From Scenedesmus sp. PABB004 (lineage: Eukaryota), in contig JABVCE010000019.1 in the NCBI GenBank assembly GCA_014905635.1, positions 1 through 64,000 of the forward strand: a DNA stretch of 64,000 nucleotides, in the 5' to 3' direction. Within the stretch, counting starts at the first letter, position 1; the number at the start of each line of letters is the position of its first letter. A model generated the notes under the pieces. It searched no databases and had not been told where the DNA came from. It saw only the letters and a list, made by a program, of their open reading frames with translations. This document shows positions 30,782 to 42,854 of the stretch, in pieces. The translations under genes and the position numbers were made by a program.

Positions 30782-33700
30782 TCAAGCAAAGCGCACGGGC
30801 TCGGGGGCGGGGTTGGCGTCTGCATTGGTAGAGCTTCGGCCCAGCTGACCTTTGTTGTTTTGTCCAAAGCACGCCACCGCGCCACCCGCCCACCACGCGC
30901 ACGTGTGATAGCTGCCAGCAGCAACGCCCGCCGCGCGGCTCAGGCCCGGCACCGTCAGCGGGGTGGGGTTTGGGGTGTCAGTGCCCACGTCGGCGGGCAA
31001 GCCCAGCTGACCATAGAGGTTCAATCCAAAGCACGCCACCTCGCCGCTTGCAATGACACATGTGTGATACGCACCTCCAGCAACGTGCGTCACGCCAGTG
31101 AGGCTCGAAACGGCCAAGGGGTTGAGCTGGATGATCTGGCTGCCGCCGTCGCCCAGTTGCCCATAATTGTTGCTTCCCCAGCACGCCGCCGTGCCGTTGG
31201 CCAGCCGCGCGCAGGTGTGGGCCGCGCCATGGCCAGCGGTGGTGCTTGCGATGTCGACCAGCGGCGCGCCACCCGGCCACGTGACGGGTACAGGCACGAG
31301 TCTGTCGGTGGTGGTGCAGTCGCCCAGCTGGCCGGCCGAGTTCAAGCCCCAGCACGCCGCCGTGCCGTCGTCCAGCCGTGCGCAGGTGTGGGCCACGCCA
31401 GCGGTGATGCTCACAATGTTGGTCAGAGGGGGGCCGCCTTGGTTCAGCGTGACAATCACAGGGTTGGGACGATTGGCGGTTGTGCCGTCCCCGAGCTGGC
31501 CATGATTGATGCCGCCCCAGCACGCGGCTGTGCCGTTGGCCAGCGTCGCGCAGGTGTGGGCCCAGCCAGCGGTGATGCTGGCCACGCCGGTCAGCGGCGC
31601 GCCGCCCAGCATGACGGTCACAGGGCTGGAGCGGGTGTTGGCATACGAGCCATCGCCCAGCTGACCACGGTCGTTCAAACCCCAGCACGCCGCCGTGCTG
31701 TTGGCCAGCATCGCGCAGGTGTGGGCCCTGCCAGCAGTGATGCTTGCCACGCCGGTCAGCGGCGCCCCGCCAGGCCACGTGACTGGCACGGGCACAGGGC
31801 TGTCTCCGGTGGCGCCGTTGCCCAGCTGGCCATGATTGTTGTATCCAAAGCAGCGCACCGAGGAGTCCCTCAGCAGCACGCAGGTGTGGTAATCGCCGAC
31901 AGCGACGGCCGTGACCGCCGGCGCCCCGGTGCAGCAGGCGCCTTCGGCCTCGGCGGCGCTGAGCCCGGCGATGTCGGCGGCGCTGGTCACTGCGGCACAG
32001 TCCCCGCCTGCAAAGCGGACGGGCGGGCAGGGACAATGCAAGTGAGGGGGGCGCTGGACGCACGCGCAACGGCCAGCACCTCCCGCCCAGCTTCCGCCGA
32101 GCGCCACACCCAAGCCGCCCGCGCGCGCAGCGCTGCACTCACAAAGCAGGGGCTGTGCGCCTGCGGTCAGACTGCCGTCGACATCGGCGCACGTCGCGCC
32201 CGCAGGGTACGCCTGGCGCGGGGAGGGGGGCGCGGGCACGCGCGGCACGGAGCGGCACGGAACGACTCAGCGCGTATGAGCACCGCAGAGTGCGGCTCTG
32301 CCAGCTCGCCGCGCGGGCATCACTCTCTGCCCACTGCTGCGGCCGCCGCGTGCGCCGCCGCCCACGCAGTCCCTCACCGTGCAGCACGCCGCCTGGGCGG
32401 CGGCAGCGCGCAGCGCGGCGATTGATGTGGTGCTGTTGCCCGAGTTGGCCATGCCCGTGCCGGTGCCTGCGCGCACACGCAGCAGCAGCCGGGCGAGGGC
32501 GGGTGCGCCAGCGGTCGGCAGCGCAGGAGGCAAGCATGCCGCACGCTTGGGCCTCGCTGATACAAGCAGGCGCGTGCGGCGGCGCGCGGCGCTCACACGG
32601 CAGCAGGTCGCCATCGGTGCCGTCGCCGTTCTCGTCCGTGCAGGTGGCGTGCGTGGGATAGGCCTGCTCGCGGACGGGGCGGTGCAGGGCAGGGCGGGCG
32701 GGTCGCAGGCGTGCGCGGTCTGTGTGCTGAGGAGCAGGCGCCAGAGCAGGCGAGCTTCCCCGAGCCGCAGCGCCCGCTCACCGTGCAGTACACGGCGTCG
32801 GCCTGCGCCCGCGTCAGGTCGGTGATGTTGCCGGCCGGGTCGAGGGCGTTGTTGGGGAGGGGCTGCCTCGAGTCCACACAGCTGAACTCGGGCGCGCCGC
32901 CGGCAGCGCCGTTGGTGTCGCCGCAGGTCGCGCCGGCAGGGAACGTTGGCAGGGCGTCAAAGCGCACGGCCTCGGGGTTGGGGTTGGCGAGCGTGTCGGC
33001 ATTGAACGACAAGCCCCGGCCCAGCTGGCCGTAAAGGTCATACCCAAAGCACGCCACCGCGCCACCCGCCCACCAGGCGCATGTGTGATAACTGCCAGCA
33101 GCAACGCCCGCCGCGCGGCTCAGGCCCGGTACCGTCAGGGGGTGGGGTTTGGGGTGTCGGTGCCCGTGTTGACGGTGACGCCCAGCTGACCATAGAGGTT
33201 CCATCCAAAGCACGCCACCTCGCCGCTTGCAATGACACAGGAGTGAGACCCGCCGCCAGCAACGTGCGTCACGCCAGTGAGGCCCAAAACGACCATGGGG
33301 CTGGCCTGGACGTTGCCGCTGGCTCCGTCGCCCAACTGGCCAAACTCGTTGCTTCCCCAGCACGCCGCCGTGCCGTTGGCCAGCGTCGCGCAAGTGTGGG
33401 CCGCGCCATGGCCAGCGGTGGTGCTTGCGATGTCGACCAGCGGCGCACCGCCCAGCATGACGGTCACGGGGCTCCACCGGTCGGTTCCGCTAGTGCCGTC
33501 GCCCAGCTGGCCGGCCGAGTTCCAGCCCCAGCACGCCGCCGTGCCGTCGTCCAGCCGCGCGCAGGTGTGGGCCACGCCAGCGGTGATACTCACAATGTTG
33601 GTCAGAGCGGGGCCGCCTTGGTTCAGCGCGACAATCACAGGATTGGGATGATTGGCGGTTGTGCCGTCCCCGAGCTGGCCATGATTGTTGCCGCCCCAGC

Positions 33701-36530
33701 ACGCGGCTGTGCCGTTGACCAGCCGCGCGCAGGTGTGCCCAACGCCAGCAGCGAGCTCGGCCACGCCGGTCAGCGGCGCACCGCCGAACATGACAGCAAC
33801 AGGGCTGGGCTTGTTGGCGTTGTCGCCGCTGATGCCGTCGCCCAACTGGCCCTCGCTGCCCCTTCCCCAGCACGCCGCCGTGCCGTTGGTCAGCGCCGCG
33901 CAGGTGTGGGCCCTGCCAGCAGTGATGCTTGCCACGCCGGTCAGCGGCACGCCGCCCGGCCACGTGACGCGCACGGGCACGAGTCTGTCGGTGGTGGTGC
34001 CGTCCCCCAGCTGACCGTAGAAACTGTCTCCAAAGCAGCGCACCGCGGTGTTCCTCAGCAGCACGCAGGTGTGAGCCTCGCCGACAGCGACGGCCATGAC
34101 CGCCGGCGCCCCGGTGCAGCAGGCGCCTTCGGCCTCGGCGGCGCTGAGCCCGGCGATGTCGGTGGCGCTGGTCACTGCGGCAAAGTCCCCGCCTGCGGGG
34201 CATGCGAGCAGCAGCAGAGCAGGTGAGCGCCCGCCTGCCCTCTCCCACGGTGCGTGTCACCACGCGCCCACCGCCAGCGCTCCTCAGCCCTTCCCGCACC
34301 AGACCCGGCGAGCTGCCGGGCGTGCGCGCAGCGTGGCAGAGCGCGCGGGCACCCTGCCGCCAAGGGTGGCACCCCCGCCCCAGCACTGCACTCACATGAC
34401 AGCGGCTGCATGTCTGCCGTCAGGTCGCCGTCGCGGTCAGCGCACGTCGCGCCCGCAGGGAGAACCTGTCGGGCACAGGAAGGGAGCGGGCGGCGTTGGC
34501 GGCGTCACGACCAACTGCAAGTTTCCCCAAGCACAGGCGCTGCGTCGCCGCCCAGCCGCAGCACTCACGCAGCAGCGCGTGTCATTAGGGCCCTCGCCCT
34601 GCCCGAGCATGGGAACGGACGCCGCCAGCACCAGGCCGCTGGAGCAGGCAAAGTTGGTGCTGCAGGTGCGCTGCGGGGCGCGGAGCACAAGGCGGGTGGT
34701 CGACGCGGGGGCTGCAGAACGTGCACCACCGCCCAGCCCCGGCACTCACACAGCAGGCCGCCGCACTCGCGCCGAAGGTTGCTGGGGGCATGGGCTCGCC
34801 GGCTGTGCAGGCGACCGAGGCGCAGGTTGAGGGCGGCACCCACCACCAGCCGCCGCCGGCGTCCCAGGGCTCAGGGCTCGAGCTTGTGCTTGGGCTTGGA
34901 CTGGGGCTTGGGTTTGGGCTTGGACTGGGGCTGGGGCTCGTGCGAGGGCTCGGGCTCGGGCTGGGGCTCGGCTCCGGCGATGGGTCAGGCGTTAGCGTCG
35001 TCACACCTGCCGGGGGTGCGACAGAGCTGAGCAGGCAGCGCTGGCCAGCGCACGCACCACCTGCGCGAGAGCACGCCGCGCTCGGCTCACCGACGTCGAG
35101 GACTGTCGCTCCCTTGCTCTGTGCAGCCTGCTCAACCGCCCGCTTGAAATCATCACTCCCCAGCGCCTCCACCACGCGCGTGGCATCATTGGCACCTCCC
35201 CACACCTCCATGCCGTATGCGTTGGACTCGTTAGACTGGCGCGGCGGTGCCAGCAGGGCGCGCCCCTTGCCGGCTGTGGGCTGGTGCGCAAGCGATGCGC
35301 GTCGCTGCGGCAGCGTGGGAGTGAAGGGGTCAGAGCAGGGCTCGGGCAGCGGCGGCGGTGCCGCGCAGCGCTGCGCTCACCGCCGTGGTCACGCAAGCGG
35401 TCTTGACGACGTGGACGCCCGCGCCGAGCGCCTGCTGCGTGGTGTTGACCAGCGCGTCGTGCAGGCTGTCGTCGCACGGCCCGCTGACGCGGACGGTGAG
35501 CCGGGCGAGGGGCACCAGGGGCGCGGGCGAGGGGCTGCTGGGCACGGGCGGGACGTCTGCGGTGCAGTCCAGCTGCGACGTGGCGCCCGGCGCGGAGGTC
35601 GAGCCAAGCGGGCAGGCCTCACACGTGACCGTGCTGGCCGGCCCGCCGGGCGAGAAGGTGTTGGCCGCGCAGCGCGCGCAGTCGGCGCCGCCGTGGCCGG
35701 GGCTGCAGGCTGCGGGCAGCGGCGTCGGCAAGGGGCGGTGAGGTCAGGAGCAGGAGCGGTGGGCAGGGGCAGCACATCACGCCAGCGGTCAGACAGCGCA
35801 GCTCGCACCCGAGCACGCGGTGCGGTCGCTGCCGGCGGTGGAGCGGCCCGCGGGGCACGCGGCGCACTTGGGCGCAAGCGCAGTGTTGTTGGGCGCCAGC
35901 GCCACCAGACCGCCGGGGGAGGTGCGGCCAGCCGCGCACGGCCGGCAGGCCGGCACTATGACGCGGGTGCCGTTGACGGTGCGCTGCACACGGCGCACCT
36001 CGGTGCCAGCGGGGCAGGCTGGGCGCAGCATCGGGCGGCAGCGTCGGCGGCAGCTGAGCGAGGGCCGAGGCAGCAGCTGCACGGGCGAGAGCGCTGCCTG
36101 CCGGCCGCCGGCGCCCCGCCGCTCACCGTCGCACTTGGTGGACCCGCGCTGCAGCGTCGTGAAGCCGTCGCGGCAGGGGGCGCACTTGGCTGCACCGGGT
36201 GCGGCGCTGACCCTGCCGACCGCGCACGGCGCGCACCTGCCCTGTGCCTTGGCGCTGGGCGCGTGGCCCGGCTTGCAGCAGAGGCAGGCGCGGTCCTTGG
36301 GCGCCAGGGCGCGGTCGTTCACGCAGACCTGGCACTGGCGCGCACAGCGCGTGGTCGTGGGCGACGCGGCGCCGGTGGACGTCGCGCCGCACACGTCCGG
36401 AGCTGCCGCCGCGCTCGTCCAGGGGTCTTGCCTCACCGCAACACACGGTGCGGCCAGGAGCAGGGCCGCCGCCGCCGCCACCGCGAGGAGCAGCAGGGGC
36501 CGCAGCCGGCGCGCGGCGCGCGCGCCCTGC
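30782..36530 (-). CDS. Large secreted protein: Cys-rich TNFR/GCC2-like repeats, (SP)n stalk, TC..CC modules and two RCC1/BLIP-II beta-propeller blocks; start codon not found; 1-bp frameshift near 33138
   Basis: Signal-like LLLLAVAAAAALLLAAP (~36440-36500), CxxCxxGxxS repeats at 35570-36300, and SPSPSP at 34870-34990. Repeats AGxAHTCAxLxNGTAACWGxNxxGQLGDG fill 32960-34110 and 30782-31920. Linking all exons into one gene is inferred. Confidence 0.75.
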
Positions 36531-36977
36531 GCACGGGCAGCGGCGGACGGGTGACGCCTCAGCGCGGCCTGTACAGATATATACGGCTTGCTGCGCCTGT
36601 GGTTGCCCGACACAGCTCTGGTGGCGCTGGGTTGTGAAAAAAAGCTGCGGGAATGTGACGGGAGCTGCGAGCTCGGCGCGAGGGCGGCCCCACAGGGCGC
36701 GCGGAGTCGCGAGGGATGCGTACACGCGGCTGCCGTCTTCCGCGTCGCTGCCGCCGCCTGGATCGCCCACGCGCGCACCAGGAGCGGCCGTACCGTCTTT
36801 TCCGAGCGCGGAGCGTCGCGGCGCGGCCCGGGGGCGCGTCCACCGGTGCGGCCAGGCCCCCCCGCCGGCGGCAGCGCTGCCGACCGCCCCGCCGCCGGCC
36901 GCGCCGCTGGACACCCAGGCGAGCGGGCTGGTGCGGAGCCCAGAACAGTTAGCATTTACCTCGCCACGCGCACGCGC

Positions 36978-37835
36978 TCAGCTCACGTGGCACTCGGTCG
37001 CGAGCCGCCGCAGCGCGGCCGCCGCGCACGCGGCCGTCAGCCTTGCGCCGCCGTTCCCGCCGCCGCCGCCGCCGCTCGCGCCGCCGCCGCAGCCGCGCCG
37101 CGCGGTGAGCCAGGCGGACATGACGTAGTCCAGCCGGCTCAGCGGCAGCGCCGCGGGCGGGGGAAGCGCCGCGGCGGGCGTGTAGTGCCGCAGGATGTCC
37201 AGGTCGCCGAGGCCCACGCCGCGCGTCGACAGCGCGAGCCACGCGCGGTGCAGGCGCGCCCACACGCCGCGGTGCGGGCTCAGCAGCACCGACGCGCCGA
37301 GCGGCACCGTCGCCAGCGCGTCCGCGTCGCCGGGCGGCGAGGCCGCGTCGTCGCCGCCGCCACCCGCGTCGTCGCCGGCGGGCGAGCCCGCCGCCCGCGC
37401 GCTGACGCGGTGCGCGTGTGTGAGGTCGTGCACCGGCTGGAAGCGCCCCGCGCGCTGCAGCTCCGCCTCGGCCGCCGCGACCGCTGCGAGCTCGGCCGCG
37501 CTCAGGCACGGCGCGCACGCAAACGGGCCGTCCGGTGCGGGCCCCGCGCCGGCGGCGCACAGCAGCTGCCGCACGTCGGCGGGCAGGTCGCCAGGCGCTG
37601 GCAGCGGCCCCGACCACTCCAGCTCCGGCGGCAGGCTGGCCGCCGCGACTGAACTCGCAGCAGCGGACGCCGGCGCGGCGCTGCCTGCCGCCGCCGTGCC
37701 TGCGCCCGGCCGGTGGTGGTGCGGCCGCTGCTGCCTGCTGCGCGGGTGACGGTGCTGGCGGCGCGGCGCAGCCGCCGCCGCCGCCGGCTGGGGTGGCGAC
37801 GCGCCAGCCGCCGCTGGTGCCCCAGGCGGCGGCGA

Positions 37836-37874
<39 letters not shown>

Positions 37875-39943
37875 GTGCTGCTGCTGCTGCTGCAGCCGCC
37901 GCCTGCCGCCGTCCCCGCCGCCGCCCTGCGCGGCCGCCGCGACCGCCGCCGCCGTGCGCAGCAGTGCGAGCCCGTCGCCGGCCGCCGCCGCCGCTGCGGT
38001 GCCGCCGGCGCCCGCCGCGTCGCCGGGGGCGGGCGGCGGCGGGTCCACCGGCAGGCCCAGCAGGCCGAGCATGTCATGCACGAAGAACTCCTTCTGGTCG
38101 TCAAAGTCGTCGCCGCTGCCGCCGCTGCCGCTGCCGCTGCCGCCGCCGCTGCCGCTGCCGCTGCCGCCGCCACTGCCGCTGCCGCCGCCGCCGCCGCTGG
38201 CGCTGCTGCCGCCGCGCGTCGCGTTGGCGTGCGCGTTGAGCCGGCACGCCGCCGCGCCGCGCTCGCCGACGCAGCCGCTCTTGCGCCGCCGCGCCATCGA
38301 GGGCACTGCGTTGACCTCGAGCAGCCAGGGCACGAGGCGGGCGTCGAGTACAAAGTCCAGCCCAAAGTATTCAAACGTGCCCTGCCACGGCAGCAGGGGT
38401 AGAAGAAGGCGCGGGCGCGGGCGCGGGCGCGAGGCGGCGCAGGTCGAGGCGGCCGCCGGCCGGCGCGCGGCGCGGCGCGGCGTGGCGCGCACCTGGCGCG
38501 GCGCCGACGCGTTGGCGGCCGCGGCGCGCATCTCCGGCAGCGCCGCGGCGAGGACGAGCCCCGCGGAGCGCTGCACGTCGGCCCACGCGTCGGCAAACGT
38601 GCGCTTGCGCCCCTCCCGGTGCTCCCGCTGCTGCTGCTCATGCTCCTCCCCTTGCACCTGCGCCGCGCCGCCGCCCTCGCCAGCGGGCGCCGGCGGCAGC
38701 ACGAGCTCCGGGTGCGCGTCGAGGTGCGCGCGCAGCTGCTGCAGGCTCCAGATCGGCGACTGCTCGCGGTCCTGCGTCCACAGGTTGACGAGCAGCCCGT
38801 CGCCGCCGGCGCTGGCGTTGCTGGCGGCGCCGCCAGCAGCGCCGGCGCCCGCGCCGGCGCCCGCACTGGTGGCGCCGGCGGCGCTGGCGCTGGCGTTGCC
38901 GGGCGTGGCGCGGGCCTTTCCAAAGATGGCGAACCCGCCGTCAAAGAGGTACGCGCGCAGCGGCGTGACGCTCGTGACGAGCAGCCAGACGCGCAGGTAG
39001 CTGCTGCGCCCGCCGAGCAGCAGCTGCGGCTCGAGGTAGCGCTGGACAACCACCGTCGCGTACGCGCGGCCCCCGCCGCCGCCGCCGCCGCCGCCGCCGC
39101 TGGCGCCGCCCGGCGCGGCGCGCAGCGCGGCCGCAAGCGCGTCGTCCTGCGCCGCGACCGTCACGCCGCGCCCGCGGTGCGCGTTGGCCTTGAGCACCCA
39201 CCGCGCGTCGCCGGGCGAGCGCGTCGCCGCGAGGTGGTGCCGCCAGAGCCAGTACTGCTCGGGGATGAGGTAGGAGCGGGGGATGAAGCCAAACGCCGCC
39301 TCGCCGTACGCCTGCGCGGGCGCAGCGCGCGCGTGTGTAGGAAAACGAACGCGGCGCGCCCTCGCGGCGGGCGCGGGCGCGGCGGCGCCGGCCAGCGGGG
39401 CCGGGCGCGGCGGGGCCTCCACGCGCGCGCCTGCTGCCACGTCGCGACGAACGCGCGCTTGAGCGCCATCGCGTTGACCCCGGGCACGCAGTTGACGAGC
39501 TGCCCGGGGCGCATGCGCGGCAGCGCGCGCGCGCACGCGGAGCGCACGGTCCAGTACACGTCCCACGCGTCGGGCGTGAAGTAGCCCTTTACGCTGAGGA
39601 AGGCCGCGCTCGACTCGCCCGCGAGCGAGAGGCGCCCGCGCGACGCCGCGATGTGCGCGCGCAGCACCTCGGTGTCGCCCTCCAGGAAGTAGCCCTCGTC
39701 AATGAACACGCGCCGCGGCGCCGGCTGCTCCTGCTGCTGCTGCTGCGCCGTCGCCGGGGGCTCGCCGGCCCCCGCGGCGGCCGGCGCCGGCGGCTCGGCG
39801 GCGCCAGCGGCGGCGGCGCCCGCCGCGAGCAGGGCCACGGCGGCCAGCAGCAGCGCGCGGCGCGCCGGCGCGGGCGCGGCGCGCGCCGCTGCCGCCGCGC
39901 CGGCGACACCGCGCCGGCGGCCCTGCCGGCGCGCGGACAGCAT
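36978..39943 (-). CDS. Tubulin-tyrosine ligase-like (TTL/TTLL ATP-grasp) protein with an N-terminal hydrophobic signal or anchor
   Basis: WDVYW, QLVNCVPG...LK, FIPRSYLIP, WVLK..HRGRGV, VVQRYLEPQLLLGGR..LRVWLLVTSVTPLRAY, and FEYFGLDFVLD..LVPWLLEVNAVPS. Confidence 0.85.
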
Positions 39944-40458
39944 CAAGGGCTCGGACGCTCGCCCATGAGCGCGCTGGCCGGGCGGCAGCGGCCCCGCACG
40001 CGCCGCGGCGGCTGGCGTACGCCGCGCGTGCGCCGCCGCTCTGCGCGCGGCGCAGGTGTGCACGTGGGCGGCGTCGCGGGGGCGGCGAGAGCTGGTAGCG
40101 CTGATCAATAGTCGCGGGCGGCGGCGGGCTGAGGCTGTCGGCCGTCTTCGTCGGGGCGGCGTGACGGCTGCGAAAGTGCCGCACCGACGGTGATCGCAGG
40201 TGCTCCACCACCGCCAAGGCACAGCGCAGCACAGCCTCGCCCGTGGGACGCAGGCGCGCGCTCGCGTCGGCAGCGGCGCAGTTTCACCGTCAGCGCCGCC
40301 GCCGCCGCGCCGCCGCCGCGCCGCGGCCGCCCCCGCGCGGCGGCAGCGTCCCCGCGCGGCTCTGCGCCCGCCCAGCACGGCGCGGCGCCGCCGCGCGTGC
40401 CCGTTGTTGCGCGGGCAGCAGCGGCAGCAGCAGCGGCAGCGCGCGCGCCGCCGCCGCG

Positions 40459-42620
40459 ATGCCGGGCCTGCTCGGCCCCTACAAGGCCTGGGTGCGCGCG
40501 CACCCGGGCCTGGTGCTCAACGCGGAGCGGCTGCTGCACTGGGTGGCCTGGAACCCGGACCGCTTCGGCGGCAGCGAGTTTGGGTACGAGGCCTTCAACG
40601 CCGCCGTGGGGCTGCTGGGCATCTGGAACGAGTCCATCCTCGCGGAGCACCCCGACTACGACGCCGCGGTCGCGCGCTGGGCGCTCTGGCTCGCGGCGGT
40701 CGAGCAGGCGAGCGCCGCCAGCTGCTGCGCCGTGCACCCGCCGCCAAGGGGGTCGCCGCACAGCGCCGCCGCCGGCTCAGCCGCGCCGCCGCGCCCGCGC
40801 GCCCCCGCACTGCACGCGCAGGTGCAGACGCTGGTCGAGCTGCGCGCGATCCAGCTGGAGGGGCGGGGCAAGATGAGCCGCTACGGCCCCCTCATCGCCC
40901 TGGAGCTGGCCAAGTGCGGCGCCGCCGCTGCGGCGCGGCGCGCGCGCCGGCGGCAGCCTCGGCGCCCAGCGCCGGCAGCCGCGCCGCGCTGCGTTGGCGG
41001 CGCCCACGCGCCGAGCGCCCGCGCGCACGCGCCGCCGCCGCCGGGCGCGCGCGCAGGACGCTGCTGCGGCTGCGGCTGTGGCGCAGCAGCCGCTGCACGC
41101 TCGCGCTCGAGGCGGTATCGCGGGAGGACCAGGAGCAGCACGAGTGCGAGCAGCAGCTCAAGGAGCTGCTCCAGGTGGGTTTAGGGTTGAGGGGGGCGCC
41201 GCGGCGAGCAGCCGCAGCTGCAGGGCGGCTGCGGCGCCAGCGGCGGCGGCGGCGGGCCGCGCCGCGCGGCCGCACGCGCGCTGCGCGTCCCGCCACCCCT
41301 GCGCGCCCACCGCGCGCACCACGGCAGGCGCTCACGCGGCTGCGACAGCGGCACAGCTGCGACGCCGACGGCGGCCCCACCCCGGAGCAGCAGGCGGCGT
41401 GGAAGGCGGAGCTGCAGCGCGCGCAGGCGGTGCGCGCGGCGGCGCTGGCGCCGCACCGCCCGCCCGCCGCGTGCGCGGCGGGGCTGGGCTCGCTGGGCGG
41501 CTGCGCGGTGCCGCTGCCGGCCGGCTGTGGCAGCGGCGGCGGCGCAGGCGCGTGCGCAGCGTGCGGCTCGACTCGCAGCGGCAGCGGCGGCGGCGTGCCG
41601 GCGGAAGCTGCGTGCGGCGCCAGCGAGGCCGACAGCAGCAGCAGCAGCAGCGGCGGCGGCGGCGACGCCGGCGCGGGCGGCGCGCCCGCGCCGCAAGCGC
41701 AGCCGCAGCAGCGCTGCGCCGCCTGCGGGGTGCCGCTGCAGGCCGGCCAGCTGCAGGGGCGCAGCGCTGTCAGCGAGATCGAGCCGGCTGACGGCAGCGA
41801 CGCCGGCGAGCGCAGCGCGCTCGCGCGCGGCTGGTGGCAGCGGCTGGGCAGCCTGCGCCCGCGCGGCGGCCGCGGCGCCGGCCTCCGCGACGCCGGCCCG
41901 CTCCCCGAGGCGCGCGCGAGCAGCGCCGGCGCGCTGCCCGGCACGTGGGGCCCTGGGCAGCGGCCGTACGCCGCCGCGCCCGGCGCGCGCGCGCCGCCGC
42001 GCGCGCCCGCGGCGCCGCGGCCGCTCGCGGCGCTGCCGTGGTGCCTCTGCGACCGCGACGCGAGCATCGGGCGGTCGGTCATGTGGGCGGGCGAGCTCGT
42101 GCACCTGCTGCGCCCGCTCGCGTACGTGCTGCTGCTGCGACGCTACGGCCTGCGCTCGTGGCGGCCCTGGGCGGCGAGCCTCGCGCTCGACCTCGCCTCC
42201 GGCTATGGCCTGCGCACGGGGCGCGCGATCCTGTGCCAGACCGGCGCCGCGCGGTGGCCCGCGGCGAGCACGCTCTACTCGCTCGCGCTGCTGCGCAGCC
42301 TCAGCGGCGCGCGCTGGAGCCCGGGCGAGCGCGCCGAGCTCGCGGCGCGGCGCGCGTCGCTGCTGCGCTACCTGCTGCGCAGCCCCTGCTACGACGCGCT
42401 CACCAGGCGCGGCGGCGGTCGCCGCGGCCGCTGCGGTCGCCGCGGGGTGCGCGCGCACGCGCAAAGCTCACACCGCCGCGCCGCGCCGCCGCCGCGCAGG
42501 CGGCTGCTGCTGCGCGTCGTCGCGGGCAGCCGCTGGGCGCCCGGGCTGTCCGCGCTCGCGCAGTTTGCGTTCAGCATGGTCGAGGGCATGCAGAGCTACT
42601 ACACCTACGTCGAGAGCTGA
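40459..42620 (+). CDS. PEX16: Peroxisomal membrane biogenesis protein PEX16, multi-exon
   Basis: YKAWVRAH..PDRFGGSEFGYEA..VGLLGIWNESIL; GELVHLLRPLAYVLLLRRYGLRSWRPWAASLALD; ERAELAARRASLLRYLLRSPCYD; C-terminal YYTY. Confidence 0.9.
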
Positions 42621-42854
42621 GCCCCGGAGGACGCCGTGGCGCGCCCGGCCGGCGGCGCCGGCGCGCGTTGTGACGAGCGGCGAGCGCCAACTTTTCCCGC
42701 GCGCCGCCCCCGCCGCGAGACCCCGCGCCGCGACGGCCACGCGTGCGGAACGATCCCGTCCAGCGCGCACGCGGCAGATCAGGCGCAGCGCTCGCAGCAA
42801 GCGGCGCGCCGGCTCGCCATCATCCCGCGCCGCGCCGCCGCCCCGCCCCGCGCC

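Noticed and set aside
30782..34190. Regularly spaced repeats suggesting a CRISPR array or DGR template/variable pair near an RT
   Set aside because: The repeats are in-frame RCC1 blades, differences are not adenine-specific as far as I can see, the RT is LINE-type, and there are no cas genes in this eukaryotic context.
37837..38197. (CTG)n and Gly/Ser repeats
   Set aside because: Ordinary poly-Gln and Gly-Ser low-complexity coding tracts within the TTL-like gene.
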